Origin: Trypanosoma brucei | Lineage: Eukaryota | Assembly (NCBI GenBank): GCA_000002445.1 | Contig: CM000208.1 | Location: 1,664,001 to 1,728,000 of the forward strand | Length of the DNA stretch: 64,000 nucleotides | Direction of reading: 5' to 3' | Shown here: in pieces, positions 22,090-31,579 of the stretch | Numbering within the stretch: position 1 is the first letter of the stretch | How the letters are laid out: the number at the start of each line of letters is the position of its first letter | Made by a program: the position numbers and the translations under genes | Notes under the pieces: generated by a model | Databases searched by the model: none | What the model saw: the letters and a program-made list of their open reading frames with translations, nothing else | Told to the model about the DNA's origin: nothing

Positions 22090-23010
22090 ATGTCCACAGC
22101 GAAGAGTTTTCCGATGGCTCAACTTTCTACACGGGCTCAGTATAGCCGTATGCAACGAGAGTTTGTGCAGTTACAAAGGCAGGAGAATCCACGAAATATA
22201 AACTTTACCACTTCTTTAAAAAATCGCCACAAGAATCGCTATTTGGACATATTGGCCAATGAGGAGACAATATATCCACCGGTCCTAAAGGCCGTCGGGG
22301 CACAACCTGGGCGTTATCCCTATATCAATGGGAATTTAATCGATCTTGATTTGCCACATACGTTTGTCGCTTGTCAGGCTCCCGTACCGCAAGGTGTCCC
22401 TGACTTTTTAGAGACCCTCAGTGAGAAGAAGGTGGACCTTGTTGTGATGCTCACTAAACTACGGGAGGGTGGTGTTTTGAAGGCAGAGCGTTATTGGCCG
22501 GAAGAAGAGGAAGATTCCTTGTCATTTCCGGAATCTGGACACGATGCTATAAAGGTGACAAGGGATGCGGAGGCGTCGTACGAGGTTGATGCTGAGCTTG
22601 ACATCGTGCGTCGTCCGCTCGTTATCCATGTACCCGGTAAGCCAATGCATCGGGTGCTGCAAGTGCAGTACGTCGGTTGGCCCGATCACGGTGTTCCAGA
22701 ATCCGCAGCATCATTTGACGAGCTCTTGTCGGTAATCAAGAACTGCGTAACCACTTCCCCCATATTGGTACATTGTAGTGCTGGTATTGGTAGGACGGGG
22801 ACACTAATAGGTGCCTATGCCGCTCTACTTCACATTGAGCGCGGGATCCTTACTGATTCAACCGTATACTCTATAGTTGCAGCGATGAAGCAAAAGCGAT
22901 TCGGTATGGTTCAACGGTTAGAGCAGTATGCAGTTATCTATATGACTGTTCTGGGCCGGCTCGGTGTGGATATTAGTGGACTGGTGTCGACACTTAACTT
23001 AAAAGCGTAG
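22090..23010 (+). CDS. PTP1: protein tyrosine phosphatase (classical PTP, CX5R 'VHCSAGIGRTGT'); probable PTP1 ortholog
   Basis: PTP signature 'HCSAGIGRTGTLIG', WPD-loop-like 'VGWPDHGVP', Q-loop 'QRLEQYAVI'. The 306-aa size and synteny-style context fit the trypanosome PTP1 differentiation regulator. The symbol is tentative. Confidence 0.85.
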   Translation: MSTAKSFPMAQLSTRAQYSRMQREFVQLQRQENPRNINFTTSLKNRHKNRYLDILANEETIYPPVLKAVGAQPGRYPYINGNLIDLDLPHTFVACQAPVPQGVPDFLETLSEKKVDLVVMLTKLREGGVLKAERYWPEEEEDSLSFPESGHDAIKVTRDAEASYEVDAELDIVRRPLVIHVPGKPMHRVLQVQYVGWPDHGVPESAASFDELLSVIKNCVTTSPILVHCSAGIGRTGTLIGAYAALLHIERGILTDSTVYSIVAAMKQKRFGMVQRLEQYAVIYMTVLGRLGVDISGLVSTLNLKA

Positions 23011-23888
23011 TCGGCTGTGCCATAACTTACCCCTTTGCACATGTGTGTGTAGCGCCGCAACGTATCGTATTACTCGTTTGACGAACTGTTCTCCCCTGCT
23101 TTTTCTGTAACCTCTCAGACATGAAGAGTCACATTGGTGTGCGGGAGAGAAGAGGGCTTGACCCGTACAGCATGGCTGGATACTCCTCACGTGCCGTGCC
23201 GCGTGAATAAATGATACGGTAATGCGGAAGTGATAATGTTTGTGGAACGACTTGCCAAACATTGTCGGAGAATTCATGTGTTTTGACGTTAATACCAATA
23301 TCGGTCAACCTCCTTGTGTGTAATTTTTTTTCCCTCATTTTTCTGAAACCAGACCTCCAACGTTTGTTTAACGCTTTGTTTCGAGTGTGAGGAAAAAAAT
23401 AACAACAGAGGGAAGCCTTTGTTCTCTCCACCTCACTTTCTATTACTCACTTTTATTGGAGATATATATATTTTTTCTTTTCGCCCTCAGTCAGAGCAAA
23501 CGGCAACTGTAGGAGGAGATTCATTCCCCGTAAGGGACGGAGAGGGTGCTTGAATCCTCGCAGCCCTGCTATTTGGTGTCGATTCGAAACCTTGGTGTGC
23601 AAACAATAAAACAAACAGAAAACGTAGACTGAGGAGGGACGTGGAGCCCGTACGCCAAGGAGGTAAACCAAAAAGAGGGGGAAAATAACGAAGAGCAGGG
23701 ACAGCAAGAACACGTTTTGGGATTTCGAGGAATAAGTTCAATTTGGTGTCGGCTACGTTTGATCGTTTACGAAGGGTAGAAAAAAGTTCGTAGTAACGAC
23801 CGTACAACAAAAGGTAGCTGGGAAAAAATTGATTGAGTGACACGATTTTGTCATTGCGGCGGAAAACATTAATTCGATCGGCCACGAG

Positions 23889-25415
23889 ATGGCTGGTGCG
23901 GAACAACGACAATTTCACAGCGTAGAGGAAGTTAGCGTAGAGTTAGGTCGCGCATCACTGCATGCTTCTTGGGGTTTCAAGACATATGACGGTGTCTGCC
24001 CCCTTCGTGTACGTGATGTAGCAGCGGAGATTCCTGAAGGTGTAAGGCGCGGTGATGAAATAATTGTAATTAACGGAATCCGACCAGGGAGCTATGATGA
24101 GGGAATGTCATTGCTGCATCAGGCGCAGTCAACCGTTCAGCTATGCGTTCGTCGTAAAGTCAGTGGAAGTAAGTGTGCGACAACAGTTGATGAAGGTGCA
24201 GAACCGCGGGAGTGTGAGTATATTGGTATCGAGCGAAACAGCTGGCGCAATCGAGCCTCACTCCATTCGCTTTCCCCTAGCGCGGAATGGGAGGGCACTA
24301 TATCCCCACAGCAACAACAACGGAAACCTGCGGACCAAACTACTGCAACATCATGTCACCACTCAGAGTCGGGTGTGAGGACGTCTGCACAGCTTGCACT
24401 TGACAAGGTGCTTTTGGCTGCGTGTGGAAAAGACGCACATTGTGAGGACACAATCACTGAAGGTACTACCGACACGGAGGGGCCACCAAGTGGGCCGAGC
24501 AGGGCCCCACTTTCCATTAACAGTCAAGTTGCTGGTATATGGCGAGGCATTTTAACTAGGAAACGGAAGCGTCTTGATGACGCCTCAAGGGATAGCAAAA
24601 ACTACATGGACGTTTGTAGTGTGCTTCCCAAACTTACCCACCAGGTCATTTACGACTGCCAAAACTGCCCCTTTTCAATTGAGGAGGGTTTCGTACCGGA
24701 GTTTCACAAATCTGTCCAGTACATTATGACTGAAAGGGCGCTGTCCCAAAAGCACGCCGCCGGTGACGAGGACGGAGACGGGGACGCGAAAGTGATGCTG
24801 GCGCCGGTGAAGGATCGCTCCGACGAAGATTTGTCAGCGGTGATGGCACAGGTAGAGGCTAAGAAGGCTCAGTGCGAAAAGGAAGTGAGCCAACGCGACA
24901 CTGTTGCTGATGTACACCGAATGAAAAAGATGTTGAGCTCGCAGCAAAGTGGCATGCTGAAGGTGGTGGAAAGCCACCGTGAGAGCCTTCTGCAGAAACT
25001 GAGGGAAGATGTGGGTTGGTATCGAGAGACGGAGTGCAGCGCCCAGGACTTCTTTGCTTTGCACTCAAAGGCCATCTCATGGTGTAGGAAAGCGTCGATA
25101 AAGCAATCTCCCGTTGATTCTAAGGTGAAGTACCCCGCATTTCACCATGGAAACCGCGAGGGCCATAAGCGGCACGAGCACCCTCAACTGCTCCCACCAC
25201 CGCCACCGCCACCGCCACCACCGCTGTCACAGCCGCATTTTCCACCCCCACCGTTTGCAGCGGCCCCTTCTAGCGCTGCTGTTGTCCCTGTGAGTACGGT
25301 TTCACCCCGTGGTAGGGTTGGATACGTTGCTCCCCCAGGGTATGCCAGGCGGCTTCCTCAGCACCCTCCTCTTTTTGATGTACGAACGCTGAATGCGACG
25401 TTGTATCACCGGTAG
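23889..25415 (+). CDS. hypothetical protein with N-terminal PDZ-like domain and C-terminal poly-proline tract
   Basis: 'GDEIIVINGIRPGSYDEGMSLLHQAQSTVQLCVRR' resembles a PDZ core (GD.I..vNG.....eA..ll..a...v.L.v.R). The run 'LLPPPPPPPPPPPLSQPHFPPPPF' lies near the C-terminus. Confidence 0.5.
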   Translation: MAGAEQRQFHSVEEVSVELGRASLHASWGFKTYDGVCPLRVRDVAAEIPEGVRRGDEIIVINGIRPGSYDEGMSLLHQAQSTVQLCVRRKVSGSKCATTVDEGAEPRECEYIGIERNSWRNRASLHSLSPSAEWEGTISPQQQQRKPADQTTATSCHHSESGVRTSAQLALDKVLLAACGKDAHCEDTITEGTTDTEGPPSGPSRAPLSINSQVAGIWRGILTRKRKRLDDASRDSKNYMDVCSVLPKLTHQVIYDCQNCPFSIEEGFVPEFHKSVQYIMTERALSQKHAAGDEDGDGDAKVMLAPVKDRSDEDLSAVMAQVEAKKAQCEKEVSQRDTVADVHRMKKMLSSQQSGMLKVVESHRESLLQKLREDVGWYRETECSAQDFFALHSKAISWCRKASIKQSPVDSKVKYPAFHHGNREGHKRHEHPQLLPPPPPPPPPPLSQPHFPPPPFAAAPSSAAVVPVSTVSPRGRVGYVAPPGYARRLPQHPPLFDVRTLNATLYHR

Positions 25416-25786
25416 AGCGATGCAAGTTGACGAGTGCGCTGTGTCTTTTGGTTCCCCAGTCGCGGTCCTAATGATAATTTGGTACTTCCGGCGCAAGGTT
25501 TAAGGTGTTGGTCCTCTCTTCCACCCCTCTTTTGCGCGGTAGTGGACGGTTGCGGCATTTGTGGATGCTTCTGCTCTGACTTCATTTGCTTTTGTTTACC
25601 TGAAGGGTACGCGAGGGGTGTGTAACATTCTTAAACATATATATATATATATATAATGTACATGTGTACGTCCGTGTGTGGTATCGTGTGCGTGCTGTAA
25701 GGGAGCCCACGGGCTTTGCTTAAACCATTTTTACTTCTCACTAACGTGATATCGCTCCCTCTAAAGTCACATTCTTTGCGGGTTGG

Positions 25787-26977
25787 ATGGAAGCTGTTGT
25801 GTATGAGATCGAGCAGGACCCAGATACAAGGTTGCATCGGCTAAGAAATGCTATGCTAGCCTTCGTTTCTGTACCCATGGCTTCTCCTCCTGCAGTGGCT
25901 CTTCTCGTTTCTCTCTCCCTGGACGAACCCCCGGGTTCTTCACGCAAGCAGCAGGATCGGGCCACAACAAAAGCAACGGCGGTCGAGACCCAACTTCGGA
26001 GCGCGTGCGACGATCGAGCCGTGCTTCTGAAGTGGTTGCGAGCCGAGATGAACATCGTGTTAGATATTCCTGTAGCCGCTTCTTTTGAACCTAGTGGGGC
26101 GGAGCAACTCTCCGTACTCTCCACATGGCAACAAGACCAGCACCGGTCCCCCCTGCGTAAAGCGGATATCGTATTACTTTCGTTGCGTAATGTGGCACCG
26201 CTGTGGGATAATCACGAGACTAGTTCATCCCTGCTCGGTCGTCAGCGTGACGTCTGTGCCCCACACCTTGGGTTGTTTCTTCTTGCTCATCAGAGCCTAT
26301 TGCTTGATGTGACCTGCTGTGTCGGAGGTGGAAAGCTGGAGTTGTTATCCCCTGCGGCCTTCAGTCCACTTCGTGCACGGCACATCGCGAAAGGCCGCAC
26401 AGCAGCCGTAGCATTTTACGGCTGTTGGCTGTCGCTAGCAGCAACACCAAGCGGTTTTCACATCTTACAGAAGAGACTTCAGTCACTAAACGAGCACGTT
26501 CTTTCTGCTATGCAGTTGCCCTTGTGCTGTTCTTACGGCGGAAAAGTTGGCAACCTTCAGCATAATTTATCAACGGTACCCAGCCCAGCAGGGGCGGCGC
26601 GACCCCGTGAGGTCCACACGGTTTCCGCACCACTGCTGCCCACGCGTCCATTAAGGGACATATTCAGTCTTCTGGGTTTCCTATTGGCTTGCCCGCACGT
26701 TGACTATTACAGCGAGGCCACTAAGTTTTGTACTCGGGTGGCGACAAGGAGAAAAACTGCATTGGTAACAGAGAACAAGTGTTTCAGCGGCTGCGCGACA
26801 CACAGTGAGGAGGTGGTTAAGAGATATGACAGAAAACGGATGAGAGGCGTGATTCGCGCATCATTGTCCATGCGTTCAAAGCGGCAACAGCACTCAAGTG
26901 CTCCAGATAAAAAACAAACTTTCACACAGCTAATAACATCGGAAGAACCTCTGTGGTATGAAGACTGCGGGTCTTAA
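25787..26977 (+). CDS. hypothetical protein
   Basis: 396-aa ORF in the same orientation and spacing as its neighbours. No recognisable motif. Confidence 0.4.
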   Translation: MEAVVYEIEQDPDTRLHRLRNAMLAFVSVPMASPPAVALLVSLSLDEPPGSSRKQQDRATTKATAVETQLRSACDDRAVLLKWLRAEMNIVLDIPVAASFEPSGAEQLSVLSTWQQDQHRSPLRKADIVLLSLRNVAPLWDNHETSSSLLGRQRDVCAPHLGLFLLAHQSLLLDVTCCVGGGKLELLSPAAFSPLRARHIAKGRTAAVAFYGCWLSLAATPSGFHILQKRLQSLNEHVLSAMQLPLCCSYGGKVGNLQHNLSTVPSPAGAARPREVHTVSAPLLPTRPLRDIFSLLGFLLACPHVDYYSEATKFCTRVATRRKTALVTENKCFSGCATHSEEVVKRYDRKRMRGVIRASLSMRSKRQQHSSAPDKKQTFTQLITSEEPLWYEDCGS

Positions 26978-27257
26978 GAGGGGGTCTCCACAGCACCCAC
27001 TACTTCATCTCTCTGAGATCATATACGCTGTCTCGGATTTTGTCTCCACTGCGGTTTGTTGTTGTTTTTGTGGATGGGGTGACTATCCTCTTTTTCAGCC
27101 ATCCTCCTCACTCCATTGTCATTCTCTTTGTGTTTCTCGAACCTAAATAGAAAAAATACGTTGAGAAGGTGCGTATTTGCTTTTCGGTGAACAAAGGTTT
27201 GTATAAAATAAGCCCGCTTTCTCTTATACATAAGCCCCACTTACCCTTGTAAAAAAG

Positions 27258-28727
27258 ATGATGCAAGGATTTCCCTCCTTAGGGGAAAAGGACCCAGCTG
27301 CCAAGCCACCAGCAGAGGGAAAACCGACCTCAGCTTCGGGAGAGAAACAACCGAGCGAAGCAGTACAGGGAATACCGCTATACCAAGGTGATGGTGATGA
27401 TAAAGAAGGATTGAAACGTTTTGTGGTACAGGGGTATAAGGATGTGTGGGCTGCAATATTATACATTTTATGCATTTTCGCCATCGCTGGAATCGGAGTA
27501 CACGCAATGTGGTCGAGAGGCTCCTCCGAAGAAAAACAAGAGGTTAAAAAAACAACAGCAGAAAATGAGCCTTCAAATTCAAAGTCCCTTTGGAGTGTCT
27601 ACTTTCTTGTTGGTGTGGCTGCTGCCGCTTCCATCGGTGCGGCGTCCGTGTCGTTTCTACTGATGCGTATGTTTCCACGCAAGACAATTCTTTTCGCAAA
27701 CATTGCCGCCATAATTATAAACATCATTTCAGCTTTGCTAGCAATATTATCAGGACACATGGTAAGCGGTATCCTCATGATGACATTATGTGCCCTGCAC
27801 ATAATGTGGTTTTTCTTTGCACGGCACCGAATTCCTTTTGCTGCAGAACTTCTCAAGGCCTCTATCGATGTGTTGTCTGGCTACAAGGCGGTATATTTAT
27901 TCAATGTCATGTTATGTGTTGGTTGCACAGGATTACTTATGCTGTGGGCAAACGCTTTTATGTGGACGTATCAAAGAAGTCAAGCGCAAGATTCATCATT
28001 CTCCGGTATAATTTACCTTTTCCTTATGCTTTTCTTATTTTGGACATCGCAGGTGACAACTAATCTGATGCATGTAACAACTGCTGGACTTACTGCTACA
28101 TGGTACTTTGCTGGTAAGGAGAATATGCCAAAGAATCCCACCCTCGCCTCATTCAAGCGAGGTACCACCACAAGCTTCGGCTCCATTTGCTTTGGGTCAC
28201 TGCTTGTGGCAATTATCCGTCTCATACGGTGGCTCGTGTCAACCGCAGAAGACAGTGAACATGAAATATTACGCTGTGTATTCCTTTGTATTATTGGTTG
28301 TTTGGAGAGGCTGATGGAATACTTCAACACATACGCATTTGTTCATGTTGCCATCTATGGTTGTGGGTACATTGAAGCAGCGAAAATGACATGGGAGTTG
28401 TGTAAACAGTGTGTGTTTTCTGCCCTGTTCAATGACACTCTGATTGATGTAACACTCGGGCTACTTGCTACTTGTGGTTCGCTACTGGTTGGTAGTGTTT
28501 TTGGTTTTCTCTTAAAATCCTGGGCAGCATTCGCGCTTGGTTTTGCCGTTTCTATATTGGTTCACCTCCTCATATTCTCCCCCGTGGGTAGTGCTGTAAC
28601 CACCTTATTCGTATGTTATGCGGAAGTGCCTGAGGGCCTTGAGCACTCATCCCCTGACTTGTACGCGGCTCTTCAGAGAACTGACCAAAACGGCACATCA
28701 AATGGAGCAGCACCTCCACGTGTGTAA
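27258..28727 (+). CDS. CTL/Pns1-like (SLC44 / 'Choline_transpo' family) multi-pass membrane transporter, array copy 1
   Basis: Conserved family core 'ATWYFAGKENMPKNPTLASFKRGTTTSFGSICFGSLLVAIIRLIRW' and 'CLERLMEYFNTYAFVHVAIYGCGYIEAAKMTWEL...NDTLIDVTLGLLATCGSLLVG'. These match Pns1/CTL 'WYF.....P..P...S..R.....GS.AFGSL..AI...IR' and 'CL...L.Y.N.YA....AIYG..F...AK.....L..N.......D.V.D..L..G.L.V'. The protein has ~10 predicted TM helices. The substrate cannot be inferred. Confidence 0.75.
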   Translation: MMQGFPSLGEKDPAAKPPAEGKPTSASGEKQPSEAVQGIPLYQGDGDDKEGLKRFVVQGYKDVWAAILYILCIFAIAGIGVHAMWSRGSSEEKQEVKKTTAENEPSNSKSLWSVYFLVGVAAAASIGAASVSFLLMRMFPRKTILFANIAAIIINIISALLAILSGHMVSGILMMTLCALHIMWFFFARHRIPFAAELLKASIDVLSGYKAVYLFNVMLCVGCTGLLMLWANAFMWTYQRSQAQDSSFSGIIYLFLMLFLFWTSQVTTNLMHVTTAGLTATWYFAGKENMPKNPTLASFKRGTTTSFGSICFGSLLVAIIRLIRWLVSTAEDSEHEILRCVFLCIIGCLERLMEYFNTYAFVHVAIYGCGYIEAAKMTWELCKQCVFSALFNDTLIDVTLGLLATCGSLLVGSVFGFLLKSWAAFALGFAVSILVHLLIFSPVGSAVTTLFVCYAEVPEGLEHSSPDLYAALQRTDQNGTSNGAAPPRV

Positions 28728-29407
28728 AACTTCTTAAGCTCATGCATATAAGGAGGATATGTGTTTGTCTCTCTTCTGCAAAAACTTTCCCTCCCATACC
28801 CAATTTCGCACACTCGCACCGTGTGAAGAAGAGTCAAATATCTTTTGTTTTTGATTCACTATATATAATGCACTGAAGCGTGTGTTATGCATGCAAATAA
28901 ATTGATAACATCGCTGACTCTTCTTTTTGTTCTATTATATTACTCTGTTCGATTTGCTCTTGACTATTTTGTATTTTCTTTCCGTTTCATGTGATGGATG
29001 CGAGGGACATAACCACAACATATTGAATGTGTCGCGGTGTAAACTGCTCTGTTGTGAGCGATCGGTATTGTGTTAGTATTTTTGTTCCAAGTGTTGAGGA
29101 AGTTGAATAGAGTCCTGATGCAGTCCACTCATGCGGTAAGCAGTGATGCGCCTTAGTGTGAGAATTCCTTTGATACTGTGTGATTTGCACACTTCCATTC
29201 TTCTTCGTCACTGGAAGCTGTTGCTACTGCATACTAATGCATCATCATTTCCTATTTCCTTTCCTCTTCCATAATTTTCCATTTTCTCTGTTTTTTAATC
29301 AAACAAATAAGATATATTGCAAGTGTACGCAATTGCTATCCAGCAACAAAGGGCTATAGACACTATTATCTCAGTGATAAGGTATTGTTTATTTCTGAAG
29401 AAGGACG

Positions 29408-30880
29408 ATGAACAAGCAATACGGAACAGAAACAAATCGCTACGACTATGATGTGTGGCAGGAAAATCAGCGGAATTGTCGGCAGGAATGTTCACCACAA
29501 GCTGTGCCGCTACAAGGAATACCGCTATACCAAGGTGATGGTGATGATAAAGAAGAGCTGAAACGTTTTGTGGTACAAGGGTATAAGGATGTGTGGGCTG
29601 CAATATTATACATTTTATGCATTCTTGCAACTATTGGGCTTGGAATATATAATATTGTGAAGCCTGATGCTTCAGGAGAAGAAGAAGAGGAAAGTGTCGT
29701 ATCGGTTAAATCATCTAACCCGTTTTCTGGTGTGTTTAAAAGTGTTTACATTTGGATTGCCGTTGCTGGTGGAATTGCCATAGCTGTGGCGTCGCTTTCC
29801 TTTCTCTTTATGAGGATGTTTCCTCGGAAGATTATTATTGTGGCAAATGTTGTCTCGATTATCATCAATATTGGAGGCGCCGCTGCCGCCATTGTGATGG
29901 GGGTGCTTCCACTTGGCATTGCTTTACTCATTATGTGCGCTATGCACATACTGTGGTTTTACTTTGCACGGCACCGAATTCCTTTTGCTGCAGAACTTCT
30001 CAAGGCCTCTATCGATGTGTTGTCTGGCTACAAGGCGGTATATTTATTCAATGTCATGTTATGTGTTGGTTGTGCGGGGTTTACCATATTATGGGGGTAC
30101 GCAGCTGTTCCTTCACTAGAAACTGCCAGTAACAAAGGTGACAGTGGGGCACTAGCGGTTTTGCTACTTCTTTTCCTTATGTTGGTTTTTTTTTGGTCAT
30201 CTCAAGTTACTGGAAATCTGATGCATGTAACAACTGCTGGACTTACTGCTACATGGTACTTTGCTGGTAAGGAGAATATGCCAAAGAATCCCACCCTCGC
30301 CTCATTCAAGCGAGGTACCACCACAAGCTTCGGCTCCATTTGCTTTGGGTCACTGCTTGTGGCAATTATCCGTCTCATACGGTGGCTCGTGTCAACCGCA
30401 GAAGGTAGTGAACATGAAATATTACGCTGTATATTCCTTTGTATTATTGGTTGTTTGGAGAGTTTGATGGAATACTTCAACACATACGCATTTGTTCATG
30501 TTGCCATCTATGGTTGTGGGTACATTGAAGCAGCGAAAATGACATGGGAGTTGTGTAAACAGTGTGTGTTTTCTGCCCTGTTCAATGACACTCTAATTGA
30601 TGTAACACTGAATCTACTTGTTACTTGTGGTTCGCTACTGGTTGGTAGTGTTGTCGGTCTACTCTTCAGATCCTGGGTAGCATTCGCGCTTGGTTTTGCC
30701 GTTTCTATATTGGTTCACCTCCTCATATTCTCCCCCGTAACCAGTGCTGTAACCACCTTATTCGTATGTTATGCGGAAGTGCCTGAGGGCCTTGAGCACT
30801 CATCCCCTGACTTGTACGCGGCTCTTCAGAGAACTGACCAAAACGGCACATCAAATGGAGCAGCACCTCCACGTGTGTAA
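29408..30880 (+). CDS. CTL/Pns1-like transporter, array copy 2
   Basis: Same conserved core as copy 1. Distinct N-terminus 'MNKQYGTETNRYDYDV' and a unique TM2-4 segment. Confidence 0.75.
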   Translation: MNKQYGTETNRYDYDVWQENQRNCRQECSPQAVPLQGIPLYQGDGDDKEELKRFVVQGYKDVWAAILYILCILATIGLGIYNIVKPDASGEEEEESVVSVKSSNPFSGVFKSVYIWIAVAGGIAIAVASLSFLFMRMFPRKIIIVANVVSIIINIGGAAAAIVMGVLPLGIALLIMCAMHILWFYFARHRIPFAAELLKASIDVLSGYKAVYLFNVMLCVGCAGFTILWGYAAVPSLETASNKGDSGALAVLLLLFLMLVFFWSSQVTGNLMHVTTAGLTATWYFAGKENMPKNPTLASFKRGTTTSFGSICFGSLLVAIIRLIRWLVSTAEGSEHEILRCIFLCIIGCLESLMEYFNTYAFVHVAIYGCGYIEAAKMTWELCKQCVFSALFNDTLIDVTLNLLVTCGSLLVGSVVGLLFRSWVAFALGFAVSILVHLLIFSPVTSAVTTLFVCYAEVPEGLEHSSPDLYAALQRTDQNGTSNGAAPPRV

Positions 30881-31579
30881 AACTTCTTAAGCTCATGCAT
30901 ATAAGGAGGATATGTGTTTGTCTCTCTTCTGCAAAAACTTTCCCTCCCATACCCAATTTCGCACACTCGCACCGTGTGAAGAAGAGTCAAATATCTTTTG
31001 TTTTTGATTCACTATATATAATGCACTGAAGCGTGTGTTATGTATGCATTTTACCGGCTTCACCATGATAAACCACATACTTGATGTAGTAGGTGAAATT
31101 AGATGCCGCAGTATCTGGTCGTGTGTAGCAGTAAATATATTAATAAATAACGACTCTTTATTATCGTAACTGCGCAAAAAGTGTTTAACATGAGCGATAT
31201 TTTTTATGATACGTACGACATTATCGTGAGCGATCGGTATTGTGTTAGTATTTTTGTTCCGTGTGTTGAGGAAGTTGAATAGAGTCCTGATGCAGTCCAC
31301 TCATGCGGTAAGCAGTGATGCGCCTTAGTGTGAAAATTCCTTTGATACTGTGTGATTTGCACACTTCCATTCTTCTTCGTCACTGGAAGCTGTTTCTACT
31401 GTATACTAATGCATCATCATTTCCTATTTCCTTTCCTCCTCCATCATTTTCCATTTTCTCTGTTTTGTAATCAAACAAATAAGATATATTGCAAGTGTAC
31501 GCAATTGCTATCCAGCAACAAAGGGCTATAGACACTATTATCTCAGTGATAAGGTATTGTTTATTTCTGAAGAAGGACG

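Noticed and set aside
30202-30483. Minus-strand ORFs repeated in every array unit ('MLKYSIKLSKQPIIQRN...', also at 28013-28330, 32203-32655, 34352-34846, 36543-37037), the 'MGMGGKVFAEERQTHILLICMSL...' minus-strand ORFs in each 3' end/spacer, and the + strand alternative-frame 'MLVRRICQRIPPSPHSSEV...' ORFs.
   Set aside because: They are antisense or out-of-frame readings of the nucleotide-identical conserved coding core and tail. Their repetition simply mirrors the repeat. They have no independent coding evidence and have low-complexity Ser/Arg/Ile-rich composition.
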